Shown here in pieces: positions 42,101 through 55,100 of a stretch of DNA of 64,000 nucleotides (positions are counted from its first letter, which is position 1; every line of letters begins with the position of its first letter). The DNA is from Auanema rhodensis (taxonomy: Eukaryota; Animalia; Nematoda): NCBI GenBank assembly GCA_964057225.1, contig OZ059900.1:20460001-20524000 (forward strand), read 5' to 3'. The notes under the pieces were generated by a model that searched no databases, was not told where the DNA came from, and was given only the letters and a program-made list of their open reading frames with translations. The translations under genes were made by a program, and so were the position numbers.

Positions 42101-45100
42101 GAACAAAAATCGATTTAATCAATATTAGCCATAAGGGGCGTGCCCTCAGAATATGCTAATTTCCTTAATTTTCTAACCCCTGTTTTTTTGTCGTGAAAGT
42201 GGAACTAGACGTTGTACGAACAATTTTGAGCTAGGTTTCATTGACATTGCATGAGTTTGAACACATGAAATAGTAAGTCAAAACCTTGTTTACAGCGAAA
42301 TTTCCAAAAACTGGTTTTCCAGCATAATAAAATATTTCTCGTGGGAAATACTGTGTTTTTGAATTTTTCTAGTGTTCAGCATGTAAAATGCTTCATTTTA
42401 GTATGTAACACGCTGAAATTCGTTGCATTTGACGACTCATATGAACAAAAACCGATTTAATCAATATTAGCAATAAGGGGCGTGCCCTCAGAATATGCTA
42501 ATTTCCTTAATTTTCTAACCCCTGTTTTTTTGTCGTGAAAGTGGAACTAGACGTTGTACGAACAATTTTGAGCTAGGCTTCATTGACATTGCATGAGTTT
42601 GAACACATGAAATCGTAAGTCAAAACCTTGTTTACAGCGAAATTTCCAAAAACTGGTTTTCCAGCATAATAAAATATTTCTCGTGGGAAATACTGTGTTT
42701 TTGTATTTTTCTAGTGTTCAGCATGTAAAATGCTTCAATTTAGTATGTAACACGCTGAAATTCGTTGCATTTGACGACTCATATGAACAAAAATCGATTT
42801 AATCAATATTAGCCATAAGGGGCGTGCCCTCAGAATATGCTAATTTCCTTAATTTTCTAACCCCTGTTTTTTTGTCGTGGAAGTGGAACTAGACGTTGTA
42901 CGAACAATTTTGAGCTAGGTTTCATTGACATTGCATGAGTTTGAACATATGAAATCGTAAGTCAAAACCTTGTTTACAGCGAAATTTCCAAAAACTGGTT
43001 TTCCAGCATAATAAAATATTTCTCATGGGAAATACTGTGTTTTTGTATTTTTCTAGTGTTCAGCATGTAAAATGCTTCATTTTAGTATGTAACACGCTGA
43101 AATTCATTGCATTTGACGACTCATATGAACAAAAATCGATTTAATCAATATTAGCCATAAGGGGCGTGCCCTCAGAATATGCTAATTTCCTTAATTTTCT
43201 AACCCCTGTTTTTTTGTCGTGAAAGTGGAACTAGACGTTGTACGAACAATTTTGAGCTAGGTTTCATTGACATTGCATGAGTTTGAACACATGAAATCGT
43301 AAGTCAAAACCTTGTTTACAGCGAAATTTTCAAAAACTGGTTTTCCAGCATAATAAAATATTTCTCATGGGAAATACTGTGTTTTCGTATTTTTCTGGTG
43401 TTCAGCATGTAAAATGCTTCATTTTAGTATGTAACACGCTGAAATTCGTTGCATTTGACGACTCATATGAACAAAAATCGATTTAATCAATATTAGCCAT
43501 AAGGGGCGTGCCCTCAGAATATGCTAATTTCCTTAATTTTCTAACCCCTGTTTTTTTGTCGTGAAAGTGGAACTAGACGTTGTACGAACAATTTTGAGCT
43601 AGGTTTCATTGACTTTGCATGAGTTTGAACACATGAAATCGTAAGTCAAAACCTTGTTTACAGCGAAATTTCCAAAAACTGGTTTTCCAGCATAATAAAA
43701 TATTTCTCATGGGAAATACTGTGTTTTTGTATTTTTCTAGTGTTCAGCATGTAAAATGCTTCATTTTAGTATGTAACACGCTGAAATTCGTTGCATTTGA
43801 CGACTCATATGAACAAAAATCGATTTAATCAATATTAGCCATAAGGGGCGTGCCCTCAGAATATGCTAATTTCCTTAATTTTCTAACCCCTGTTTTTTTG
43901 TCGTGAAAGTGGAACTAGACGTTGTACGAACAATTTTGAGCTAGGTTTCATTGACATTGCATGAGTTTGAACACATGAAATAGTAAGTCAAAACCTTGTT
44001 TACAGCGAAATTTCCAAAAACTGGTTTTCCAGCATAATAAAATATTTCTCGTGGGAAATACTGTGTTTTTGAATTTTTCTAGTGTTCAGCATGTAAAATG
44101 CTTCAATTTAGTATGTAACACGCTGAAATTCGTTGCATTTGACGACTCATATGAACAAAAATCGATTTAATCAATATTAGCCATAAGGGGCGTGCCCTCA
44201 GAATATGCTAATTTCCTTAATTTTCTAACCCCTGTTTTTTTGTCGTGGAAGTGGAACTAGACGTTGTACGAACAATTTTGAGCTAGGTTTCATTGACATT
44301 GCATGAGTTTGAACATATGAAATCGTAAGTCAAAACCTTGTTTACAGCGAAATTTCCAAAAACTGGTTTTCCAGCATAATAAAATATTTCTCATGGGAAA
44401 TACTGTGTTTTTGTATTTTTCTAGTGTTCAGCATGTAAAATGCTTCATTTTAGTATGTAACACGCTGAAATTCATTGCATTTGACGACTCATATGAACAA
44501 AAATCGATTTAATCAATATTAGCCATAAGGGGCGTGCCCTCAGAATATGCTAATTTCCTTAATTTTCTAACCCCTGTTTTTTTGTCGTGAAAGTGGAACT
44601 AGACGTTGTACGAACAATTTTGAGCTAGGTTTCATTGACATTGCATGAGTTTGAACACATGAAATCGTAAGTCAAAACCTTGTTTACAGCGAAATTTTCA
44701 AAAACTGGTTTTCCAGCATAATAAAATATTTCTCATGGGAAATACTGTGTTTTCGTATTTTTCTGGTGTTCAGCATGTAAAATGCTTCATTTTAGTATGT
44801 AACACGCTGAAATTCGTTGCATTTGACGACTCATATGAACAAAAATCGATTTAATCAATATTAGCCATAAGGGGCGTGCCCTCAGAATATGCTAATTTCC
44901 TTAATTTTCTAACCCCTGTTTTTTGTCGTGAAAGTGGAACTAGACGTTGTACGAACAATTTTGAGCTAGGTTTCATTGACATTGCATGAGTTTGAACACA
45001 TGAAATCTTAAGTCAAAACCTTGTTTACAGCGAAATTTCCAAAAACTGGTTTTCCAGCATAATAAAATATTTCTCATGGGAAATACTGTGTTTTTGTATT

Positions 45101-45847
45101 TTTCTAGTGTTCAGCATGTAAAATGCTTCATTTTAGTATGTAACACGCTGAAATTCGTTGCATTTGACGACTCATATGAACAAAAATCGATTTAATCAAT
45201 ATTAGCCATAAGGGGCGTGCCCTCAGAATATGCTAATTTCCTTAATTTTCTAACCCCTGTTTTTTTGTCGTGAAAGTGGAACTAGACGTTGTACGAACAA
45301 TTTTGAGCTAGGTTTCATTGACATTGCATGAGTTTGAACACATGAAATCGTAAGTCAAAACCTTGTTTACAGCGAAATTTCCAAAAACTGGTTTTCCAGC
45401 ATAATAAAATATTTCTCATGGGAAATACTGTGTTTTTGTATTTTTCTAGTGTTCAGCATGTAAAATGCTTCATTTAAGTATGTAACACGCTGAAATTCGT
45501 TGCATTTGACGACTCATATGAACAAAAATCGATTTAATCAATATTAGCCATAAGGGGCGTGCCCTCAGAATATGCTAATTTCTTAATTTTCTAACCCCTG
45601 TTTTTTGTCGTGAAAGTGGAACTAGACGTTGTACGAACAATTTTGAGCTAGGTTTCATTGACATTGCATGAGTTTGAACACATGAAATCGTAAGTCAAAA
45701 CCTTCTTTACAGCGAAATTTCCAAAAACTGGTTTTCCAGCATAATAAAATATTTCTCATGGGAAATACTGTGTTTTTGTATTTTTCTAGTGTTCAGCATG
45801 TAAAATGCTTCATTTTAGTATGTAACACGCTGAAATTCGTTGCATTT

Positions 45848-45965
45848 GACGACTCATATGAACAAAAATCGATTTAATCAATATTAGCCATAAGGGGCGT
45901 GCCCTCAGAATATGATCAAATCGATTTTTGTTCATATGAGTCGTCCAGAAAAACCACCAGAAAAA
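45848..45965. other. Satellite inversion junction: 33-bp fold-back arms, 56-bp deletion and 9-bp templated insertion
   Basis: 45848-45880 (gacgactcatatgaacaaaaatcgatttaatca) is the reverse complement of 45913-45945 with one mismatch (45917). After 45945, 56 bp of consensus are replaced by cagaaaaac (45946-45954). The first inverted monomer is 295 bp (45913->46208 = 342-47). Confidence 0.93.
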
Positions 45966-47399
45966 TACAAAAACACAGTATTTCCCATGAGAAATATTTT
46001 AGTATGCTAGAAAACCAGTTTTTGGAAATTTCGCTGTAAACAAGGTTTTGACTTACGATTTCATGTGTTCAAACTCATGCAATGTCAATGAAACCTAGCT
46101 CAAAATTGTTCGTACAACGTCTAGTTCCACTTTCACGACAAAAAAACAGGGGTTAGAAAATTAAGGAAATTAGCATATTCTGAGGGCACGCCCCTTATGG
46201 CTAATATTGATTAAATCGATTTTGTTCATATGAGTCGTCAAATGCAACGAATTTCAGCGTGTTACATACTAAAATGAAGCATTTTACATGCTGAACACTA
46301 GAAAAATACAAAAACACAGTATTTCCCATGAGAAATATTTTATTATGCTGGAAAACCAGTTTTTGGAAATTTCGCTGTAAACAAGGTTTTGACTTACGAT
46401 TTCATGTGTTCAAACTCATGCAATGTCAATGAAACCTAGCTCAAAATTGTTCGTACAACGTCTAGTTCCACTTTCACGACAAAAAAACAGGGGTTAGAAA
46501 ATTAAGGAAATTAGCATATTCTGAGGGCACGCCCCTTATGGCTAATATTGATTAAATCGATTTTGTTCATATGAGTCGTCAAATGCAACGAATTTCAGCG
46601 TGTTACATACTAAAATGAAGCATTTTACATGCTGAACACCAGAAAAATACAAAAACACAGTATTTCCCATGAGAAATATTTTATTATGCTGGAAAACCAG
46701 TTTTTGGAAATTTCGCTGTAAACAAGGTTTTGACTTACGATTTCATGTGTTCAAACTCATGCAATGTCAATGAAACCTAGCTCAAAATTGTTCGTACAAC
46801 GTCTAGTTCCACTTTCATGACAAAAAAACAGGGGTTAGAAAATTAAGGAAATTAGCATATTCTGAGGGCACGCCCCTTATGGCTAATATTGATTAAATCG
46901 ATTTTGTTCATATGAGTCGTCAAATGCAACGAATTTCAGCGTGTTACATACTAAAATGAAGCATTTTACATGCTGAACACTAGAAAAATACAAAAACACA
47001 GTATTTCCCATGAGAAATATTTTATTATGCTGGAAAACCAGTTTTTGGAAATTTCGCTGTAAACAAGGTTTTGACTTACGATTTCATGTGTTCAAACTCA
47101 TGCAATGTCAATGAAACCTAGCTCAAAATTGTTCGTACAACGTCTAGTTCCACTTTCACGACAAAAAAACAGGGGTTAGAAAATTAAGGAAATTAGCATA
47201 TTCTGAGGGCACGCCCCTTATGGCTAATATTGATTAAATCGATTTTGTTCATATGAGTCGTCAAATGCAACGAATTTCAGCGTGTTACATACTAAAATGA
47301 AGCATTTTACATGCTGAACACTAGAAAAATACAAAAACACAGTATTTCCCATGAGAAATATTTTATTATGCTGGAAAACCAGTTTTTGGAAATTTCGCT

Positions 47400-50300
47400 G
47401 TAAACAAGGTTTTGACTTACGATTTCATGTGTTCAAACTCATGCAATGTCAATGAAACCTAGCTCAAAATTGTTCGTACAACGTCTAGTTCCACTTTTAC
47501 GACAAAAAAACAGGGGTTAGAAAATTAAGGAAATTAGCATATTCTGAGGGCACGCCCCTTATGGCTAATATTGATTAAATCGATTTTGTTCATATGAGTC
47601 GTCAAATGCAACGAATTTCAGCGTGTTACATACTAAAATGAAGCATTTTACATGCTGAACACTAGAAAAATACAAAAACACAGTATTTCCCATGAGAAAT
47701 ATTTTATTATGCTGGAAAACCAGTTTTTGGAAATTTCGCTGTAAACAAGGTTTTGACTTACGATTTCATGTGTTCAAACTCATGCAATGTCAATGAAACC
47801 TAGCTCAAAATTGTTCGTACAACGTCTAGTTCCACTTTCACGACAAAAAAACAGGGGTTAGAAAATTAAGGAAATTAGCATATTCTGAGGGCACGCCCCT
47901 TATGGCTAATATTGATTAAATCGATTTTGTTCATATGAGTCGTCAAATGCAACGAATTTCAGCGTGTTACATACTAAAATGAAGCATTTTACATGCTGAA
48001 CACCAGAAAAATACAAAAACACAGTATTTCCCATGAGAAATATTTTATTATGCTGGAAAACCAGTTTTTGGAAATTTCGCTGTAAACAAGGTTTTGACTT
48101 ACGATTTCATGTGTTCAAACTCATGCAATGTCAATGAAACCTAGCTCAAAATTGTTCGTACAACGTCTAGTTCCACTTTCATGACAAAAAAACAGGGGTT
48201 AGAAAATTAAGGAAATTAGCATATTCTGAGGGCACGCCCCTTATGGCTAATATTGATTAAATCGATTTTGTTCATATGAGTCGTCAAATGCAACGAATTT
48301 CAGCGTGTTACATACTAAAATGAAGCATTTCACATGCTGAACACTAGAAAAATACAAAAACACAGTATTTGCCATGAGAAATATTTTATTATGCTGGAAA
48401 ACCAGTTTTTGGAAATTTCGCTGTAAACAAGGTTTTGACTTACGATTTCATGTGTTCAAACTCATGCAATGTCAATGAAACCTAGCTCAAAATTGTTCGT
48501 ACAACGTCTAGTTCCACTTTCACGACAAAAAAACAGGGGATAGAAAATTAAGGAAATTAGCATATTCTGAGGGCACGCCCCTTATGGCTAATATTGATTA
48601 AATCGATTTTGTTCATATGAGTCGTCAAATGCAACGAATTTCAGCGTGTTACATACTAAAATGAAGCATTTTACATGCTGAACACTAGAAAAATACAAAA
48701 ACACAGTATTTCCCATGAGAAATATTTTATTATGCTGGAAAACCAGTTTTTGGAAATTTCGCTGTAAACAAGGTTTTGACTTACGATTTCATGTGTTCAA
48801 ACTCATGCAATGTCAATGAAACCTAGCTCAAAATTGTTCGTACAACGTCTAGTTCCACTTTCACGACAAAAAAACAGGGGTTAGAAAATTAAGGAAATTA
48901 GCATATTCTGAGGGCACGCCCCTTATGGCTAATATTGATTAAATCGATTTTGTTCATATGAGTCGTCAAATGCAACGAATTTCAGCGTGTTACATACTAA
49001 AATGAAGCATTTTACATGCTGAACACTAGAAAAATACAAAAACACAGTATTTCCCATGAGAAATATTTTATTATGCTGGAAAACCAGTTTTTGGAAATTT
49101 CGCTGTAAACAAGGTTTTGACTTACGATTTCATGTGTTCAAACTCATGCAATGTCAATGAAACCTAGCTCAAAATTGTTCGTACAACGTCTAGTTCCACT
49201 TTTACGACAAAAAAACAGGGGTTAGAAAATTAAGGAAATTAGCATATTCTGAGGGCACGCCCCTTATGGCTAATATTGATTAAATCGATTTTGTTCATAT
49301 GAGTCGTCAAATGCAACGAATTTCAGCGTGTTACATACTAAAATGAAGCATTTTACATGCTGAACACTAGAAAAATACAAAAACACAGTATTTCCCATGA
49401 GAAATATTTTATTATGCTGGAAAACCAGTTTTTGGAAATTTCGCTGTAAACAAGGTTTTGACTTACGATTTCATGTGTTCAAACTCATGCAATGTCAATG
49501 AAACCTAGCTCAAAATTGTTCGTACAACGTCTAGTTCCACTTTCACGACAAAAAAACAGGGGTTAGAAAATTAAGGAAATTAGCATATTCTGAGGGCACG
49601 CCCCTTATGGCTAATATTGATTAAATCGATTTTGTTCATATGAGTCGTCAAATGCAACGAATTTCAGCGTGTTACATACTAAAATGAAGCATTTTACATG
49701 CTGAACACCAGAAAAATACAAAAACACAGTATTTCCCATGAGAAATATTTTATTATGCTGGAAAACCAGTTTTTGGAAATTTCGCTGTAAACAAGGTTTT
49801 GACTTACGATTTCATGTGTTCAAACTCATGCAATGTCAATGAAACCTAGCTCAAAATTGTTCGTACAACGTCTAGTTCCACTTTCATGACAAAAAAACAG
49901 GGGTTAGAAAATTAAGGAAATTAGCATATTCTGAGGGCACGCCCCTTATGGCTAATATTGATTAAATCGATTTTGTTCATATGAGTCGTCAAATGCAACG
50001 AATTTCAGCGTGTTACATACTAAAATGAAGCATTTCACATGCTGAACACTAGAAAAATACAAAAACACAGTATTTCCCATGAGAAATATTTTATTATGCT
50101 GGAAAACCAGTTTTTGGAAATTTCGCTGTAAACAAGGTTTTGACTTACGATTTCATGTGTTCAAACTCATGCAATGTCAATGAAACCTAGCTCAAAATTG
50201 TTCGTACAACGTCTAGTTCCACTTTCACGACAAAAAAACAGGGGATAGAAAATTAAGGAAATTAGCATATTCTGAGGGCACGCCCCTTATGGCTAATATT

Positions 50301-50990
50301 GATTAAATCGATTTTGTTCATATGAGTCGTCAAATGCAACGAATTTCAGCGTGTTACATACTAAAATGAAGCATTTTACATGCTGAACACTAGAAAAATA
50401 CAAAAACACAGTATTTCCCATGAGAAATATTTTATTATGCTGGAAAACCAGTTTTTGGAAATTTCGCTGTAAACAAGGTTTTGACTTACGATTTCATGTG
50501 TTCAAACTCATGCAATGTCAATGAAACCTAGCTCAAAATTGTTCGTACAACGTCTAGTTCCACTTTCACGACAAAAAAACAGGGGTTAGAAAATTAAGGA
50601 AATTAGCATATTCTGAGGGCACGCCCCTTATGGCTAATATTGATTAAATCGATTTTGTTCATATGAGTCGTCAAATGCAACGAATTTCAGCGTGTTACAT
50701 ACTAAAATGAAGCATTTTACATGCTGAACACTAGAAAAATACAAAAACACAGTATTTCCCATGAGAAATATTTTATTATGCTGGAAAACCAGTTTTTGGA
50801 AATTTCGCTGTAAACAAGGTTTTGACTTACGATTTCATGTGTTCAAACTCATGCAATGTCAATGAAACCTAGCTCAAAATTGTTCGTACAACGTCTAGTT
50901 CCACTTTTACGACAAAAAAACAGGGGTTAGAAAATTAAGGAAATTAGCATATTCTGAGGGCACGCCCCTTATGGCTAATATTGATTAAAT
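47400..50990 (-). repeat. 5-monomer higher-order repeat of 341-bp monomers (1705 bp)
   Basis: Variants are offset by 1705: 47498/49203/50908, 48182/49887, 48331/50036 and 48540/50245. Confidence 0.88.
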
Positions 50991-52700
50991 CGATTTTTGT
51001 TCATATGAGTCGTCAAATGCAACGAATTTCAGCGTGTTACATACTAAAATGAAGCATTTTACATGCTGAACACCAGAAAAATACAAAAACACAGTATTTC
51101 CCATGAGAAATATTTTATTATGCTGGAAAACCAGTTTTTGGAAATTTCGCTGTAAACAAGGTTTTGACTTACGATTTCATGTGTTCAAACTCATGCAATG
51201 TCAATGAAACCTAGCTCAAATTTGTTCGTACAACGTCTAGTTCCACTTTCACGACAAAAAAACTGGGGTTAGAAAATTAAGGAAATTAGCATATTCTGAG
51301 GGCACGCCCCTTATGGCTAATATTGATTAAATCGATTTTTGTTCATATGAGTCGTCAAATGCAACGAATTTCAGCGTGTTACATACTAAAAAGAAGCATT
51401 TTACATGCTGAACACTAGAAAAATACAAAAACACAGTATTTCCCATGAGAAATATTTTATTATGCTGGAAAACCAGTTTTTGGAAATTTCGCTGTAAACA
51501 AGGTTTTGACTTACGATTTCATGTGTTCAAACTCATGCAATGTCAATGAAACCTAGCTCAAAATTGTTCGTACAACGTCTAGTTCCACTTTCACGACAAA
51601 AAAACAGGGGTTAGAAAATTAAGGAAATTAGCATATTCTGAGGGCACGCCCCTTATGGCTAATATTGATTAAATCGATTTTGTTCATATGAGTCGTCAAA
51701 TGCAACGAATTTCAGCGTGTTACATACTAAAATGAAGCATTTTACATGCTGAACACTAGAAAAATACAAAAACACAGTATTTCCCATGAGAAATATTTTA
51801 TTATGCTGGAAAACCAGTTTTTGGAAATTTCGCTGTAAACAAGGTTTTGACTTACGATTTCATGTGTTCAAACTCATGCAATGTCAATGAAACCTAGCTC
51901 AAAATTGTTCGTACAACGTCTAGTTCCACTTTTACGACAAAAAAACAGGGGTTAGAAAATTAAGGAAATTAGCATATTCTGAGGGCACGCCCCTTATGGC
52001 TAATATTGATTAAATCGATTTTTGTTCATATGAGTCGTCAAATGCAACGAATTTCAGCGTGTTACATACTAAAATGAAGCATTTTACATGCTGAACACCA
52101 GAAAAATACAAAAACACAGTATTTCCCATGAGAAATATTTTATTATGCTGGAAAACCAGTTTTTGGAAATTTCGCTGTAAACAAGGTTTTGACTTACGAT
52201 TTCATGTGTTCAAACTCATGCAATGTCAATGAAACCTAGCTCAAATTTGTTCGTACAACGTCTAGTTCCACTTTCACGACAAAAAAACTGGGGTTAGAAA
52301 ATTAAGGAAATTAGCATATTCTGAGGGCACGCCCCTTATGGCTAATATTGATTAAATCGATTTTTGTTCATATGAGTCGTCAAATGCAACGAATTTCAGC
52401 GTGTTACATACTAAAAAGAAGCATTTTACATGCTGAACACTAGAAAAATACAAAAACACAGTATTTCCCATGAGAAATATTTTATTATGCTGGAAAACCA
52501 GTTTTTGGAAATTTCGCTGTAAACAAGGTTTTGACTTACGATTTCATGTGTTCAAACTCATGCAATGTCAATGAAACCTAGCTCAAAATTGTTCGTACAA
52601 CGTCTAGTTCCACTTTCACGACAAAAAAACAGGGGTTAGAAAATTAAGGAAATTAGCATATTCTGAGGGCACGCCCCTTATGGCTAATATTGATTAAATC
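50650..52700 (-). repeat. Tandem duplication of a 3-monomer unit (1025 bp)
   Basis: Variants are offset by 1025 (342+342+341): 50908/51933, 51264/52289 and 51392/52417. Confidence 0.88.
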
Positions 52701-53699
52701 GATTTTTGTTCATATGAGTCGTCAAATGCAACGAATTTCAGCGTGTTACATACTAAAATGAAGCATTTCACATGCTGAACACTAGAAAAATACAAAAACA
52801 CAGTATTTCCCATGAGAAATATTTTATTATGCTGGAAAACCAGTTTTTGGAAATTTCGCTGTAAACAAGGTTTTGACTTACGATTTCATGTGTTCAAACT
52901 CATGCAATGTCAATGAAACCTAGCTCAAATTTGTTCGTACAACGTCTAGTTCCACTTTCACGACAAAAAAACTGGGGTTAGAAAATTAAGGAAATTAGCA
53001 TATTCTGAGGGCACGCCCCTTATGGCTAATATTGATTAAATCGATTTTTGTTCATATGAGTCGTCAAATGAAACGAATTTCAGCGTGTTACATACTAAAA
53101 TGAAGCATTTTACATGCTGAACACTAGAAAAATACAAAAACACAGTATTTCCCATGAGAAATATTTTATTATGCTGGAAAACCAGTTTTTGGAAATTTTG
53201 CTGTAAACAAGGTTTTGACTTACGATTTCATGTGTTCAAACTCATGCAATGTCAATGAAACCTAGCTCAAAATTGTTCCTACAACGTCTAGTTCCACTTT
53301 CACGACAAAAAAACAGGGGTTAGAAAATTAAGGAAATTAGCATATTCTGAGGGCACGCCCCTTATGGCTAATATTGATTAAATCGATTTTTGTTTATATG
53401 AGTCGTCAAATGCAACGAATTTCAGCGTGTTACATACTAAAATGAAACATTTTACATGCTGAACACTAGAAAAATACAAAAACACAGTATTTCCCACGAG
53501 AAATATTTTATTATGCTGGAAAACCAGTTTTTGGAAATTTCGCTGTAAACAAGGTTTTGACTTACGATATCATGTGTTCAAACTCATGCAATGTCAATGG
53601 AACCTAGCTCAAAATTGTTCGTACAACGTCTAGTTCCACTTTCACGACAAAAAAACAGGGGTTAGAAAATTAAGGAAATTAGCATATTCTGAGGGCACG

Positions 53700-55100
53700 C
53701 CCCTTATGGCTAATATTGATTAAATCGATTTTTGTTCATATGAGTCGTCAAATGCAACGAATTTCAGCGTGTTACATACTAAAATGAAGCATTTTACATG
53801 CTGAACACCAGAAAAATACAAAAACACAGTATTTCCCATGAGAAATATTTTATTATGCTGGAAAACCAGTTTTTGGAAATTTCGCTGTAAACAAGGTTTT
53901 GACTTACGATTTCATGTGTTCAAACTCATGCAATGTCAATGAAACCTAGCTCAAAATTGTTCGTACAACGTCTAGTTCCACTTTCACGACAAAAAAACAG
54001 GGGTTAGAAATTTAAGGAAATTAGCATATTCTGAGGGCACGCCCCTTATGGCTAATATTGATTAAATCGATTTTGTTCATATGAGTCGTCAAATGCAACG
54101 AATTTCAGCGTGTTACATACTAAAATGAAACATTTTACATGCTGAACACCAGAAAAATACAAAAACACAGTATTTCCCATGAGAAATATTTTATTATGCT
54201 GGAAAACCAGTTTTTGGAAATTTCGCTGTAAACAAGGTTTTGACTTACGATTTCATGTGTTCAAACTCATGCAATGTCAATGAAACCTAGCTCAAATTTG
54301 TTCGTACAACGTCTAGTTCCACTTTCACGACAAAAAAACAGGGGTTAGAAAATTAAGGAAATTAGCATATTCTGAGGGCACGCCCCTTATGGCTAATATT
54401 GATTAAATCGATTTTTGTTCATATGAGTCGTCAAATGCAACGAATTTCAGCGTGTTACATACTAAAATGAAGCATTTTACATGCTGAACACCAGAAAAAT
54501 ACAAAAACACAGTATTTCCCATGAGAAATATTTTATTATGCTGGAAAACCAGTTTTTGGAAATTTCGCTGTAAACAAGGTTTTGACTTACGATTTCATGT
54601 GTTCAAACTCATGCAATGTCAATGAAACCTAGCTCAAAATTGTTCGTACAACGTCTAGTTCCACTTTCACGACAAAAAAACAGGGGTTAGAAATTTAAGG
54701 AAATTAGCATATTCTGAGGGCACGCCCCTTATGGCTAATATTGATTAAATCGATTTTGTTCATATGAGTCGTCAAATGCAACGAATTTCAGCGTGTTACA
54801 TACTAAAATGAAACATTTTACATGCTGAACACCAGAAAAATACAAAAACACAGTATTTCCCATGAGAAATATTTTATTATGCTGGAAAACCAGTTTTTGG
54901 AAATTTCGCTGTAAACAAGGTTTTGACTTACGATTTCATGTGTTCAAACTCATGCAATGTCAATGAAACCTAGCTCAAATTTGTTCGTACAACGTCTAGT
55001 TCCACTTTCACGACAAAAAAACAGGGGTTAGAAAATTAAGGAAATTAGCATATTCTGAGGGCACGCCCCTTATGGCTAATATTGATTAAATCGATTTTTG
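53700..55100 (-). repeat. Tandem duplication of a 2-monomer unit (683 bp)
   Basis: Variants are offset by 683: 54011/54694 (gaaatttaagg) and 54130/54813 (atgaaacatt). Confidence 0.82.

Larger units (their letters stand above)
1..45914 (+). repeat. Tandem satellite DNA array, 342-bp monomer, forward arm (~134 copies)
   Basis: The sequence at 1 ((c/t)agtatgtaacacgctgaaattcg) recurs at 343, 685 and so on. ORF-track copies are spaced by multiples of 342 (879->1221; 20024->24470 = 13x342). Only SNVs and occasional 1-bp indels interrupt it. The array runs off the left edge of the window. Confidence 0.99.

Noticed and set aside
45848-45965. Transposon terminal inverted repeats or MITE insertion at the junction
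   Set aside because: All junction bases derive from the satellite monomer itself. There is no foreign sequence and no target-site duplication flanking an element.
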